A stretch of 47,736 nucleotides of DNA from a candidate division WOR-3 bacterium (GTDB lineage: Bacteria; Hydrothermota; Tepidihabitantia; SM23-42; JAOAFX01): assembly GCA_037444665.1 (NCBI GenBank), contig JBBILZ010000011.1, positions 1 to 47,736 of the forward strand, written 5' to 3'. Every line of letters begins with the position of its first letter. Position 1 is the first letter of the stretch. The notes beneath the pieces were generated by a model. That model searched no databases and was not told the DNA's origin. It was given only the letters and a program-made list of their open reading frames with translations. Shown one piece after another: positions 18,237 through 27,924 of this stretch. A program made the position numbers and the translations under genes.

Positions 18237-20987
18237 TCAGCGCATCAGGATGAACTTCTGCGTAATCACTCCATCATCCTTTTCCAGACCCACAAAATAA
18301 ACACCATCAGCAAGTGCGCCATCTTTTCTTGGATTCCACTGGATTATTTTATCTCCCTTATTAAATTGAACCTTTGCCACTAATCTACCAGTGATATCGT
18401 ATACACTCAAGTAATCGTGCTTCAGATTATCAGGATTGATATGGAATGACACAAGACTCTTTGCCGGATTGGGCACAACCTTTAACAGTTTATACTGCGC
18501 AACATTCTCTTTTTCTGATTCTTCTACAGGCGTGAGCGGTGTATAGAAACCTTTGACTTTTACAATCTGGTTTACATAAGTGCCACTGATCTGCACAATC
18601 GTTATCCAGTAATTACCATCCCTTGGGTCAGCCTCAATACCACGGATATTCCAGCCTGGATTCAACAAGAATCTCTTACCTGTGACAACTGGTGGTTGAC
18701 CCTGCATCTCTACTACACCAACACTATCAAGGGCTGTCCCACCAGAATTGAACCAGGTCTGCACATTCACAAATGAATTACCTAAACTATCATAGGCAAG
18801 ACAACGGGTATTATAATATCCCTGGATTGGACTATTGTATTGAGTTGCCGTGCCGAGCGTATCACCAATATATATTAACTGAGCAGCACCGAGTGCTGAC
18901 CTTCTATCAGCAAACCACATTGTATTCGGAGCACGATATGCCAGACCTACTGGATAGTCATTTGCCGGATTATTGAACTGGCGTAATATTCCACCAGTTG
19001 ATTTGTTTATTTTCCAGACGGTCTTGGGATTGAGGGCACAGACATATAGGGCATCACCAATCCGACTATAGGTGATATCAGTGACACTATCTGCTGGACC
19101 AGTGATTGCACCATAATATGTTACAAAACTGTCTGAAGAGTAGTAGCGAATTGAATTGGAGAGAAAATCAAGGACATAGATTCTATCACCAATGCCATCA
19201 TAGGCAACTCCATAGATGAACTGGCTCGTTGGAAAGTTGGGCAGTGATTTTGGACCCCAGATGATTTCTCCAGGTGCGACACCGACCTGGTATGAGAAAG
19301 TTCTTGTCCAGGTTGTCTCTGCGGCAACGAGCACAAGCTGGAAATTTGCCATATGGCCAGGTGGTGTTGAGGCATGGACACTTATATCATAGGGGTCTGA
19401 GGCATTATTCGCACTATCATTGGGAGCAAGTGTGCCATAGGTATAAGTAGAGTCAGAGATAGTGATGTAAGGTGATGTTGTCCTCAATGTACCCTGAACA
19501 TTGGTTGCCTGGACTCCACCTGTGTTCTTCACATAGGTTACAATACCTGCATTCTCGCCTGGGTCAAGTTTGCCATTGCCATTATTATCGTTCACAATAT
19601 TTGTTCTGCTCAATACGACATTGGGTCTGTTAGCAGTTGGCACTGCCTGTAAAGAATGCCACAGATTTATCCTACCCCAGCCATAATTGTTATTCGGATA
19701 TGGTGCACCCTGTGAAGGCTGGTCACAGTAAAGCCTGAAAAGGTCATAGAGTTCAGTCACAGTAAGACTCTGATTCTTCTGCAACAGAACCGCAGTACCT
19801 CCAGTAACATGGGGCGATGCCATTGAGGTCCCACTCATTGTGCCATAGCTACCTCCAGGCACAGATGAACGCACATTCACCCCAGGCGCTGAGACATCAG
19901 GCTTTAATAGATTCCAGGTAGAATAATACCAGTATTGAGGGTCATTCCAGGGGCTCTGGTTCGGTGCAGGACCACGAGAAGAAAAACTCGCAATATTATC
20001 ACCATTATCAGTGGCACCAACACCACAGGACAATGGATAACTCGCTGGCGCACCGACCGTACCTGAACCAGGACCACTATTACCATTTGAGAAAACAGGA
20101 AAGATACCAAGATTCTTCCAGTTCAAAACCGCAGCCCAGAAATGCTGGTCTGTGCCACTACCACCCCAGGAATTACCAATCACCCTTATATCAACGCCAC
20201 CCTGCTTCAAATTCGCTAAATATTGCATACAGGTATCAATCCAGGCATATTGACCACTTCCACTCGCATTAAATGCCTTGGTCGGAATATACTGGGCACC
20301 ATAAGCAACACCCACATCATCTGTAAATGGACCAGGACCATCACCACCACAGATTGTGCCCATCGTATGTGTTCCATGGCTGTGGTCATCGTAAGGCGAG
20401 GATTGATTATTCACACCATCGCGCCAATAAGGTGATAGCCATTTACCACTCAATGCAGGATGTGTAACTTCAACACCTGTATCAATATGACCAATGATTA
20501 TACCTGAACCATTAAAACCTGCTGCCCAGCAAGACTCTGCCATTATCTTTGTAATGTTCCATTCCGGGACTAATGGCTCAGCCTCTTCACCAGGACGGGC
20601 ATCCAGCTGAATAATACCGTTATGACAGATAAACCAGATGTCATCACGTCTTGCCAGGTCTTCAATTACATCCTTGGTTGCCTTAAGATGAAATCCATTG
20701 AAGATCCAGAATTGACCACCTAACTCAGCCTTTTCCTCTGGCAGTGTTCGTAAATATTCCACTACTGGAGCTTGAGAATTCTTCGCTACCATTTCAAAAA
20801 CATCACACTTCTGTTGTGGTGTCATATTCGCAATCTGGTCATAAGGATATTCAGTATTCATATGGACAATCACAAGTATCTTTTCATTGGGTGGAGTGTT
20901 ATTGAGTATCTCCACCAGCTCTGGCGTCATCTTACCCGGAACAGGTGGCAAAATCGCCAGCATCAATATTGAGACCAAACCTATCAT
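18237..20987 (-). CDS. Secreted S8 (subtilisin-like) serine protease with propeptide, Ig-like and beta-propeller-like regions, and a T9SS-like C-terminal domain
   Basis: Catalytic triad GHIDTG / HGTHTMG / GTSMASPH; C-terminus VPNP...YDITGRLV...DGVYFV...KFILMR. Confidence 0.88.
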   Translation of the reverse strand: MIGLVSILMLAILPPVPGKMTPELVEILNNTPPNEKILVIVHMNTEYPYDQIANMTPQQKCDVFEMVAKNSQAPVVEYLRTLPEEKAELGGQFWIFNGFHLKATKDVIEDLARRDDIWFICHNGIIQLDARPGEEAEPLVPEWNITKIMAESCWAAGFNGSGIIIGHIDTGVEVTHPALSGKWLSPYWRDGVNNQSSPYDDHSHGTHTMGTICGGDGPGPFTDDVGVAYGAQYIPTKAFNASGSGQYAWIDTCMQYLANLKQGGVDIRVIGNSWGGSGTDQHFWAAVLNWKNLGIFPVFSNGNSGPGSGTVGAPASYPLSCGVGATDNGDNIASFSSRGPAPNQSPWNDPQYWYYSTWNLLKPDVSAPGVNVRSSVPGGSYGTMSGTSMASPHVTGGTAVLLQKNQSLTVTELYDLFRLYCDQPSQGAPYPNNNYGWGRINLWHSLQAVPTANRPNVVLSRTNIVNDNNGNGKLDPGENAGIVTYVKNTGGVQATNVQGTLRTTSPYITISDSTYTYGTLAPNDSANNASDPYDISVHASTPPGHMANFQLVLVAAETTWTRTFSYQVGVAPGEIIWGPKSLPNFPTSQFIYGVAYDGIGDRIYVLDFLSNSIRYYSSDSFVTYYGAITGPADSVTDITYSRIGDALYVCALNPKTVWKINKSTGGILRQFNNPANDYPVGLAYRAPNTMWFADRRSALGAAQLIYIGDTLGTATQYNSPIQGYYNTRCLAYDSLGNSFVNVQTWFNSGGTALDSVGVVEMQGQPPVVTGKRFLLNPGWNIRGIEADPRDGNYWITIVQISGTYVNQIVKVKGFYTPLTPVEESEKENVAQYKLLKVVPNPAKSLVSFHINPDNLKHDYLSVYDITGRLVAKVQFNKGDKIIQWNPRKDGALADGVYFVGLEKDDGVITQKFILMR

Positions 20988-21086
20988 TTTTTACCTCCTT
21001 TCTGTTTATATATTTTTACTGTACCATTTTTTTTGTTTTTAAGACCACCCCCTTTCGCTTAGCTTGGATTAATAAATCTATATATT

Positions 21087-21114
21087 ATTATAATTTAATT
21101 TTACAAATTGTCAA
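21087..21114 (-). promoter_or_regulatory. sigma70-type promoter TTGACA-N16-TATAAT
   Basis: Exact consensus upstream of the S8 protease. Confidence 0.7.
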
Positions 21115-21136
21115 GGGGTGAAAGGAAGGACTGCGG

Positions 21137-21775
21137 TTAATCTATTTTAATATTTATTCCCAGACCAAATTGGTTCACCATATATTCTGTATCTTTGTTA
21201 TTTCCCCAGAGCCAGTTTATTTCTGGTAGAAAAATAAATTTCCTGCCCAGACTAAGACCAAAACAATGTCCCAGATGTGAGATATATCTGGGTGGCCGGG
21301 TTGAGTGTTCCTGTCTATCGCGATAATGCATTGAGAAGATAAATTTTGGTGCATACAAAAATCTCAATTCAGGAAAAAATTCTTTTTCTAAAAATAGTGT
21401 TCCATAAAAATCATAGACATAATCTGTAATATAACTGACTCGTGTCCCCTTCATATAGCCAAATCCGAATTTGAATGCACTACTAATAAATTTTTTAAAC
21501 AGCTGCCTTTTTATTGAAATTACTCCCGCAGTGGGATATGAATATTTAAGTTCAAATTCCAAATTTTTTAAAATCGCTGTCCTTGCCCAGATATCAAATC
21601 TTCTTTCATCATATGCAATTGTATCATTTGTGCCACTGTAGATACAATAATTATCCACTCCAAAACCAATACTATATTCACCTGAATTTAAAACCGATGC
21701 CTCATCATATGTGCAATAACTCTGTGACCAGGTAATGGGTAGATTCTGCCCAATAATTAATAATAAAAATATCAT
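21137..21775 (-). CDS. Hypothetical exported protein, probable small outer-membrane beta-barrel
   Basis: Short hydrophobic N-terminus, aromatic-rich amphipathic strands, terminal NQFGLGINIKID. Confidence 0.55.
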   Translation of the reverse strand: MIFLLLIIGQNLPITWSQSYCTYDEASVLNSGEYSIGFGVDNYCIYSGTNDTIAYDERRFDIWARTAILKNLEFELKYSYPTAGVISIKRQLFKKFISSAFKFGFGYMKGTRVSYITDYVYDFYGTLFLEKEFFPELRFLYAPKFIFSMHYRDRQEHSTRPPRYISHLGHCFGLSLGRKFIFLPEINWLWGNNKDTEYMVNQFGLGINIKID

Positions 21776-21819
21776 TTCACCACTGCGTTTCTTATTTCAT
21801 TTTGAAATGCATCATAAAT

Positions 21820-23127
21820 TTAATGGGCTCCTTGACGTTTAAGCACGGTTAGTGCAGTTTTAAAGAAGATCTTTAAATCGAGCCGTAATGAGATATTATT
21901 AATATATTCAAGGTCATAGCTTAACTTCTTTTTTACATCTTCAATTGTCTGGTCATATGAATATTTCACCTGGGCGAGTCCGGTAATTCCCGGATGCACA
22001 GTATGTCTTAATGAATAGAGCGGAATATTTGAGACAAATTTGTATACAAAGTGTGGTCTTTCAGGCCTTGGACCAACAAAACTCATATCGCCCATAAGAA
22101 CATTAAAAAGCTGAGGTAATTCATCAAGGCGGAAAGGTCTCATAATTTTGCCCATACGTGTAATCCTTGTATCATTCTTTTTTGCCCAGACCGGACCCGT
22201 ATATTTTTCTGCATCTTGCACCATAGAACGGAATTTAATTAAAGAGAATTTTTTATTGCGGAAACCAATCCTTTTTTGCGTATAAAAAATCGGACCTGGT
22301 GTATCAATTTTTATTAATAAAGCAATCGCCGCCATAAGTGGAAAAAAGATTATTAAAGCAATTAGCGCAAGCACAATATCGGTCAACCTTTTAAGAAAAC
22401 GGTCCCAGGCTGAGAGTGGGTGGAAGATAACCTGCAAAAGGTTTGAATCTGGAATTTTTTTAATAAGAAAATGATCATATACCAGTGAATACAATTTTGG
22501 TGAGACATAGATCTCATATTTTGTTTCAGTAAACCGGGAGATCAGATTAAGAATATCTTGATGTGAATGTCCATTGCTATCAATGATTATACCACTGATT
22601 TTATTTTCTTTAAAGATCCGTTTGGAAAGGTTGGGTGTCATTTCAGAAAATTTTATTTCTTTCACCGCAGAAAAACCTTCATAAACAGGAACATTCTCGC
22701 CATTTTTGAATACGATGACATTGCGCAAAGGTTTTTTTGCATATTCACCAACCAGACCCCGGAACAGAAATCGCCAGAGCAACAGAGTTGAAAACAGAAT
22801 AACATACGAAGGTAAGAATCCTTTTGCCTTAAAGAAATCAATATTCATTATATAGGCGAATGATAGAAGTATTGCCATCCCCAATAATATTGCTTTGAAC
22901 ATAGTAAAGAGTTCATTCATAATCTGGATCTGGGAGCGTGTTTTATACAGGTCAAAAGAGCGAAAGATGAAAAACCAGAATAACAGCAAACCTAAATTGG
23001 CAATAATGGCGTGTTGGCTTAATACTGATAGATTTAACCCTGCGGCTCGCCAGCTGAGAGAAAATATGGAGAAAATAATTATTAAATCACCAAATATGTT
23101 TATAATTAATTCGGTTTTTCTGGTCAT
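21820..23127 (-). CDS. Polyprenyl-phosphate sugar phosphotransferase (WcaJ/WbaP-like)
   Basis: N-terminal TMs; KRLTDI, GPIFYTQKRIG, KFRSM, LDELPQLFNVLMGDMSFVGPRPE, PGITGLAQV, DLEYI. Confidence 0.9.
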   Translation of the reverse strand: MTRKTELIINIFGDLIIIFSIFSLSWRAAGLNLSVLSQHAIIANLGLLLFWFFIFRSFDLYKTRSQIQIMNELFTMFKAILLGMAILLSFAYIMNIDFFKAKGFLPSYVILFSTLLLWRFLFRGLVGEYAKKPLRNVIVFKNGENVPVYEGFSAVKEIKFSEMTPNLSKRIFKENKISGIIIDSNGHSHQDILNLISRFTETKYEIYVSPKLYSLVYDHFLIKKIPDSNLLQVIFHPLSAWDRFLKRLTDIVLALIALIIFFPLMAAIALLIKIDTPGPIFYTQKRIGFRNKKFSLIKFRSMVQDAEKYTGPVWAKKNDTRITRMGKIMRPFRLDELPQLFNVLMGDMSFVGPRPERPHFVYKFVSNIPLYSLRHTVHPGITGLAQVKYSYDQTIEDVKKKLSYDLEYINNISLRLDLKIFFKTALTVLKRQGAH

Positions 23128-23172
23128 CCAACATCTTAATGGGCGTTATCCGACCTCCTCATCATATTATCC

Positions 23173-23200
23173 ATTATAATCAAAAAATGAGCTTTGTCAA
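23173..23200 (-). promoter_or_regulatory. sigma70-type promoter TTGACA-N16-TATAAT
   Basis: Exact consensus, divergent from the GGGPS promoter. Confidence 0.65.
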
Positions 23201-23227
23201 TAGGCAAATGCATATTTCAAATAACAC

Positions 23228-23255
23228 TTGATTTTTTTTGTAAGTGCATTATAAT
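23228..23255 (+). promoter_or_regulatory. sigma70-type promoter TTGATT-N16-TATAAT (leaderless)
   Basis: ATGs at 23260 and 23263 directly follow the -10 box. Confidence 0.6.
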
Positions 23256-23259
23256 CTTT

Positions 23260-24000
23260 ATGATGCCGAAAAAAAATATCTGGGAACGATTGACCCATTA
23301 CGGACCAGGCATAATTGCCCTGTTTGACCCTGACCGTATTCCCAAAGATAAAATTTTAAAAACTACCAGATTTATATCTGATTGTGGGGTAAATGCAATT
23401 CTCATTGGCTCATCGCTCCTGAAGACCGAAGATTTTGATGGTTTTGTTGCTAAAGTCAGAGAGAATGCTACCTGCCCGGTAATTCTTTTCCCCGGAGCCT
23501 GGCACCAGGTCTCAAGGTTTGCTGATGGGATTTTTTTCCTATCACTTTTAAGTGGCCGTAATCCTGAATTTTTGATTGGCGAGCATGTCAAATCAGTTTT
23601 TTTAATAAAATCCTATGGTCTGGAAGTTATCCCTGTAGGGTATCTTCTTATTTCGTCAAATAATTTTACCGCCGTAGAGTATATCTCAAATACACGGCCG
23701 ATTCCCCGAAATAAACCTGAGATTGTGGTTGCCCATGCCATTGCTGGTGAATATCTGGGAATGAAGGCGATCTATCTTGAAGCAGGAAGTGGTGCAAAAG
23801 AGCCTGTACCGGCAATGCTGGTTAGAGAAGTAAAAAAACAGATTTCTATTCCGGTGATTGTAGGCGGTGGTATTAGAACAAAAGATGATGCTATGAAGAT
23901 AATTAATGCAGGAGCTGATTTTATTGTGCTGGGCAGTATTATTGAAGAATCTCCAGCAAAATTCAAACAGATTGTTCAATTTGTCAGCCGTAAGATTTGA
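23260..24000 (+). CDS. Geranylgeranylglyceryl phosphate synthase family protein (group II-like)
   Basis: LFDPD, PVILFPG, FLSLLSGRNPEFLIG, GYLLI, YLEAGSGA, VGGGIR. Start moved from TTG 23194 to ATG 23260/23263. Confidence 0.88.
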   Translation: MMPKKNIWERLTHYGPGIIALFDPDRIPKDKILKTTRFISDCGVNAILIGSSLLKTEDFDGFVAKVRENATCPVILFPGAWHQVSRFADGIFFLSLLSGRNPEFLIGEHVKSVFLIKSYGLEVIPVGYLLISSNNFTAVEYISNTRPIPRNKPEIVVAHAIAGEYLGMKAIYLEAGSGAKEPVPAMLVREVKKQISIPVIVGGGIRTKDDAMKIINAGADFIVLGSIIEESPAKFKQIVQFVSRKI

Positions 24001-24043
24001 AATTTATTATAAATATTTATTTTTAAGATAAAGGAGAACATAT

Positions 24044-25333
24044 ATGAATATTTTATTAGTTGGTGGTGGTGGCAGGGAACATGCCCTTGCCTGGAAAATC
24101 CATAAATCAAAAAAAGTGAAAAATCTCTATGTTGCCCCTGGCAATCCCGGAATTTCAAAGATAGGCTCCTGTGTAAACATACTTCCTACAGATATAAACG
24201 GTCTTGTAAGATTTGCCCGGGATAAGAATATTGACCTTACTGTGGTTGGACCTGAATTGCCCCTTGCCCTGGGTATTGTTGATGAATTTAGTAAAAATGG
24301 GTTAAAGATATTTGGACCGACAAAAGGTGCAAGCAGAATTGAATCGGATAAAGCATTTGCCCGGGAGTTTATGGCACAATTTGGCATTCCAGCACCGAAA
24401 TTTCAGATTTATGACAGCGCTTCCTCGGCCCTTAAATATTTGAAAACAATTAATACTTTTCCGATTGTTGTAAAAGCAGCCGGTCTTGCCAGTGGCAAAG
24501 GTGTTTTTATTGTGAATAATAAAAATGAATATGAGAGAATTATTGATGAGATGCTTGTTCAGCACAAACTCGGAGAAGCAGGCAAAAAGATTGTAGTAGA
24601 AGAATTTCTGAGCGGTCAGGAATGTTCAATATTTGCAATAACAGATGGTCTAAGAGTGAGCTTTTTACCATCGGCGCAGGACCACAAAAGATTATATGAC
24701 CGGAATCGCGGTCCCAATACTGGCGGTATGGGTGCCTATGCACCTTATCCCACGAATAAACGCGTAGCAAATATTATTCAACAGGTAATTATACAACCTA
24801 CAGTTCTCTGCCTCCACGATATGGGCATACCATATAAAGGGATTCTTTATGGAGGTTTAATAATAACCGCATCGGGCCCCAAGGTGCTTGAATTTAACTG
24901 TCGCTTTGGTGACCCTGAGACCCAGGCCATCATACCATTAATTGAAAATGACATCGTTGATCTTTTCCTCGGTGTTGTAGAAAATAATTTTCAGGATTTG
25001 CAGGTGAAGATTAAAAATCTCTGGTCAATCTGTGTGGTTTTAGTGTCAGCGGGTTATCCTTATGATTATAAGATTGGCGAAGAGATTCAGATAAAATCGG
25101 CGCTGGATACGGGTACTCTGCTTTTCCATGCCGGGACAAAGATGGAAGATGGTAAACTTGTTACTGCTGGTGGTCGGGTGCTCAATGTAGTTTGCACTGC
25201 TGATAATTTACGCATTGCAAAACAGAAGGCTTACGAAGAGATTAAAAAGATACATTTCAATGGTATGGTTTATCGCAAGGACATTGGTAGTGGTGGTATG
25301 AAAAAGATGAAGCGGAAGAGGAAGGTGAGATAG
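24044..25333 (+). CDS. purD: Phosphoribosylamine-glycine ligase
   Basis: GGGGREHALAW, APGNPG, VGPELPL, QDHKR, GPNTGGMGAY, EFNCRFGDPE, GGRVL. Confidence 0.96.
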   Translation: MNILLVGGGGREHALAWKIHKSKKVKNLYVAPGNPGISKIGSCVNILPTDINGLVRFARDKNIDLTVVGPELPLALGIVDEFSKNGLKIFGPTKGASRIESDKAFAREFMAQFGIPAPKFQIYDSASSALKYLKTINTFPIVVKAAGLASGKGVFIVNNKNEYERIIDEMLVQHKLGEAGKKIVVEEFLSGQECSIFAITDGLRVSFLPSAQDHKRLYDRNRGPNTGGMGAYAPYPTNKRVANIIQQVIIQPTVLCLHDMGIPYKGILYGGLIITASGPKVLEFNCRFGDPETQAIIPLIENDIVDLFLGVVENNFQDLQVKIKNLWSICVVLVSAGYPYDYKIGEEIQIKSALDTGTLLFHAGTKMEDGKLVTAGGRVLNVVCTADNLRIAKQKAYEEIKKIHFNGMVYRKDIGSGGMKKMKRKRKVR

Positions 25334-25344
25334 AAGTAGTAGCA

Positions 25345-26415
25345 ATGATTGTAAAGATTTCAGAGAATACAGAAATTTATGAAAAAATTGCCGTTGTTCT
25401 TCAAAAGGGCGAAATCGTTTGCCTACCTACAGATACTATATATGGATTCGCAGTTGATGGCACTAATTCTTCTGCGCTTGAAAAATTAGCACAATTAAAA
25501 AAAAGGGATGGTAAACCCTTTACCTTTTTTATCGCCAAAAGTTTACTTCCGGAATATGCCATAGTTACAAAGCAGAAAATCATAGATTATTTTATGCCCG
25601 GTCCAATCACCCTAATTTTAAAAAAAAATCCTGAGGCGCATCTGCCTGTAAATGAACAGAATATTGGTATAAGAATACCTGATTTAAATTTTATTATAAA
25701 TTTCTTAGATTATTATAAAAAGCCCATTGCAGTAACGAGTGCCAATCTATCTGGTGAACCAGTGCTTGAAAGTGCCCAGGAGATTAGCGAAAAGTTTCCT
25801 GGGGTTGAGTTAATAATTGATGCAGGGCGATTAATTGACAAACCATCCACAGTACTGGATTTGACATCTACAATTCCGATCGTGCGAAGAAAAGGAAAAG
25901 TGGCGATATTAGAAATTGAAAAAGTTTATGGAAGACGAATAAAACTTGCTCCATCATTAAAATTCAATCTTCTGTTTGTTTGTTCAGGCAATTCCTGTCG
26001 TAGCCCAATGGCAGAAGCCATTATAAAAACTATGCTTGATGAAAAACTTGTTACTATAAAATCAGCGGGCACAGCAGCAATGGATGGTCTGCCTGCAAGT
26101 GAAAACGCCCAGATTGTAGCAAAGGAGTTTGGCGGTGAATTATCCAACCATAAGACAAAATATCTTACAAAAGAACTGGTAGATGAGGCAGACCTGGTTC
26201 TGGTAATGGAATTTAAACACTATGAAACTGTGCTGGAACTTGCACCGGAGGCGACAATAAAGACATTTTTATTAAAAGAATATAAAAGGCGAACCAAATA
26301 CAATGAGGTCTCTGACCCGGTAGGGAAAGACTTAGAAGCATATCGTAATACTGCCCTTGAAATGTATCCTTCTTTAAAATTTGTAGCCCAGGATATAAAG
26401 AGAAGATTTTTATAA
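25345..26415 (+). CDS. Fusion of TsaC/Sua5 threonylcarbamoyl-AMP synthase and a low-molecular-weight protein (Arg/Tyr) phosphatase
   Basis: N-terminal PTDTIYG, KKRD.KP, TSANLSG, PSTVLD; C-terminal VCSGNSCRSPMAE, SAGT, SDPVG. Confidence 0.88.
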   Translation: MIVKISENTEIYEKIAVVLQKGEIVCLPTDTIYGFAVDGTNSSALEKLAQLKKRDGKPFTFFIAKSLLPEYAIVTKQKIIDYFMPGPITLILKKNPEAHLPVNEQNIGIRIPDLNFIINFLDYYKKPIAVTSANLSGEPVLESAQEISEKFPGVELIIDAGRLIDKPSTVLDLTSTIPIVRRKGKVAILEIEKVYGRRIKLAPSLKFNLLFVCSGNSCRSPMAEAIIKTMLDEKLVTIKSAGTAAMDGLPASENAQIVAKEFGGELSNHKTKYLTKELVDEADLVLVMEFKHYETVLELAPEATIKTFLLKEYKRRTKYNEVSDPVGKDLEAYRNTALEMYPSLKFVAQDIKRRFL

Positions 26416-26416
26416 A

Positions 26417-27898
26417 ATGAAGGTATGCCTTGCCGGTTATAATCTTGATATTGATATAATAAAAGAATTTTCTAAAATAAATGAAAATCTTATTTTGACC
26501 CCGGAAACAATATCTGCTGCCTATGCCCGCATCAGCCGCAGCCCCAAAGAGGTTGGTATTTTAAGAAAAGAAGCCCGACAAGAAGTAGAAAAGGCACGAG
26601 CATCAAATAGAAGAATAATTTTTGAAATGAGCCACCATTCTATTGCTGAACACGCCGTCTTCAATTTTGATATCACAGGTATTTCCCGAAGGGCAGTGGA
26701 AGAGTTTGAACATTTTCGGCTCTGTTCATATACTGAAAAGTCACAACGTTATGTTACATTAAAAGGGGATTTTTTAATTCCTGAAGAAATCAAGAAAACG
26801 GCTTTAGTGAACGAGTTCTGCGATATCGTCCATTTGCAAAATAATCTTTATCAGAAATTATTTAATGAATTAAAATTATTCCAGTTTAAAAAACATCCGG
26901 GAATAAAAGACCAACATACATTAAGGCTATTAGAAAATGCTGCCAAAGAAGACGCACGGTATATCCTCTCCCTGACAACCCAGACCCAGCTCGGTGCGAC
27001 CATCAATGCCCGAAATCTTGAATTAATGATTCGTAGATTTGCCAGCCATCATCTTGCTGAAATTCGGGAACTCGGAGAGAAATTGTATAAAGCAGTCAAA
27101 GCCATTGCTCCATCCATTATTCTTTTTTACAAAGCCAATGATTATGACCAGAAGACCTATTCTGAACTACAACAATACTGTGGATCTATAAAAACAATAA
27201 AAAGCAATAAGCAAGATAGAGATGTCGTGCTTGAAGATTATACTCCTGATGGTGATGATAGATTGCTTGCCGCATTACTCTTCAGGGCAACAAAACAAAG
27301 TTATGAGAATTGTTTAAGCGTGGTTAAAAATATGAGCCGAGCCAGAAAGATTGAACTTTTTAAACAATCATGTAAATACCTTGAATTGTATGATGGAGTC
27401 TTAAGGGAGTTTGAGGTGGTCAATTATACATATTCTCTAATTGTTTCCGCGGGCTGTTTTGGTCAGTTCAAACGCCATCGTTTGATGACATTGATAAATC
27501 AGGACTATGACCCGGATTTAGGCATAACAATTCCCCCATCAATAAAAGAGATAAAACAGGAGGAAGTATTTAAAAAAGTAATAAATAAAACTGAAAAATT
27601 ATACAAAAAAATAATAAAGATTGCACCGTATGCGGGCACTTATATTTTGACCAATGCCCACAGGAAGAGGGTTCTCGTAAATGTAAACCTAAGAGAACTC
27701 TATCATATTTCACGGCTGCGCGAAGACCCAACTGCCCAATGGGATATCAGAAATATTTCGCAGGCAATGAGTAATCTGGCAAAAAAGGTAACGCCGATAA
27801 GCACTGCACTATTATGTGGTAAAACTGATTATCCGAAGATTTATTACAAACTTTTTGGCAAACATCCGAAAGTTACATCTGTGCCACCACCTGGATAA
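26417..27898 (+). CDS. thyX: FAD-dependent thymidylate synthase ThyX, tandem two-domain form
   Basis: HHSIAEHA, EHFRLCSYTEKSQRY, EDARY, INARNL; second domain QFKRHR, NLRELYH...R..AQWDIR. Confidence 0.85.
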   Translation: MKVCLAGYNLDIDIIKEFSKINENLILTPETISAAYARISRSPKEVGILRKEARQEVEKARASNRRIIFEMSHHSIAEHAVFNFDITGISRRAVEEFEHFRLCSYTEKSQRYVTLKGDFLIPEEIKKTALVNEFCDIVHLQNNLYQKLFNELKLFQFKKHPGIKDQHTLRLLENAAKEDARYILSLTTQTQLGATINARNLELMIRRFASHHLAEIRELGEKLYKAVKAIAPSIILFYKANDYDQKTYSELQQYCGSIKTIKSNKQDRDVVLEDYTPDGDDRLLAALLFRATKQSYENCLSVVKNMSRARKIELFKQSCKYLELYDGVLREFEVVNYTYSLIVSAGCFGQFKRHRLMTLINQDYDPDLGITIPPSIKEIKQEEVFKKVINKTEKLYKKIIKIAPYAGTYILTNAHRKRVLVNVNLRELYHISRLREDPTAQWDIRNISQAMSNLAKKVTPISTALLCGKTDYPKIYYKLFGKHPKVTSVPPPG

Positions 27899-27924
27899 TT
27901 CTTTAAGATAACGCATCATTGACT

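Noticed and set aside
23136..23165. Minus-strand mini-ORF MMRRSDNAH* ahead of the sugar transferase, ending in GCCCATTAA like that gene
   Set aside because: Only nine codons and a 9-bp match; this cannot be distinguished from chance.
23194..23259. ORF-track N-terminal extension of GGGPS (and likewise 44196-44240 of porA)
   Set aside because: The extensions overlap promoter boxes or the upstream gene; better starts are at 23260/23263 and 44241.
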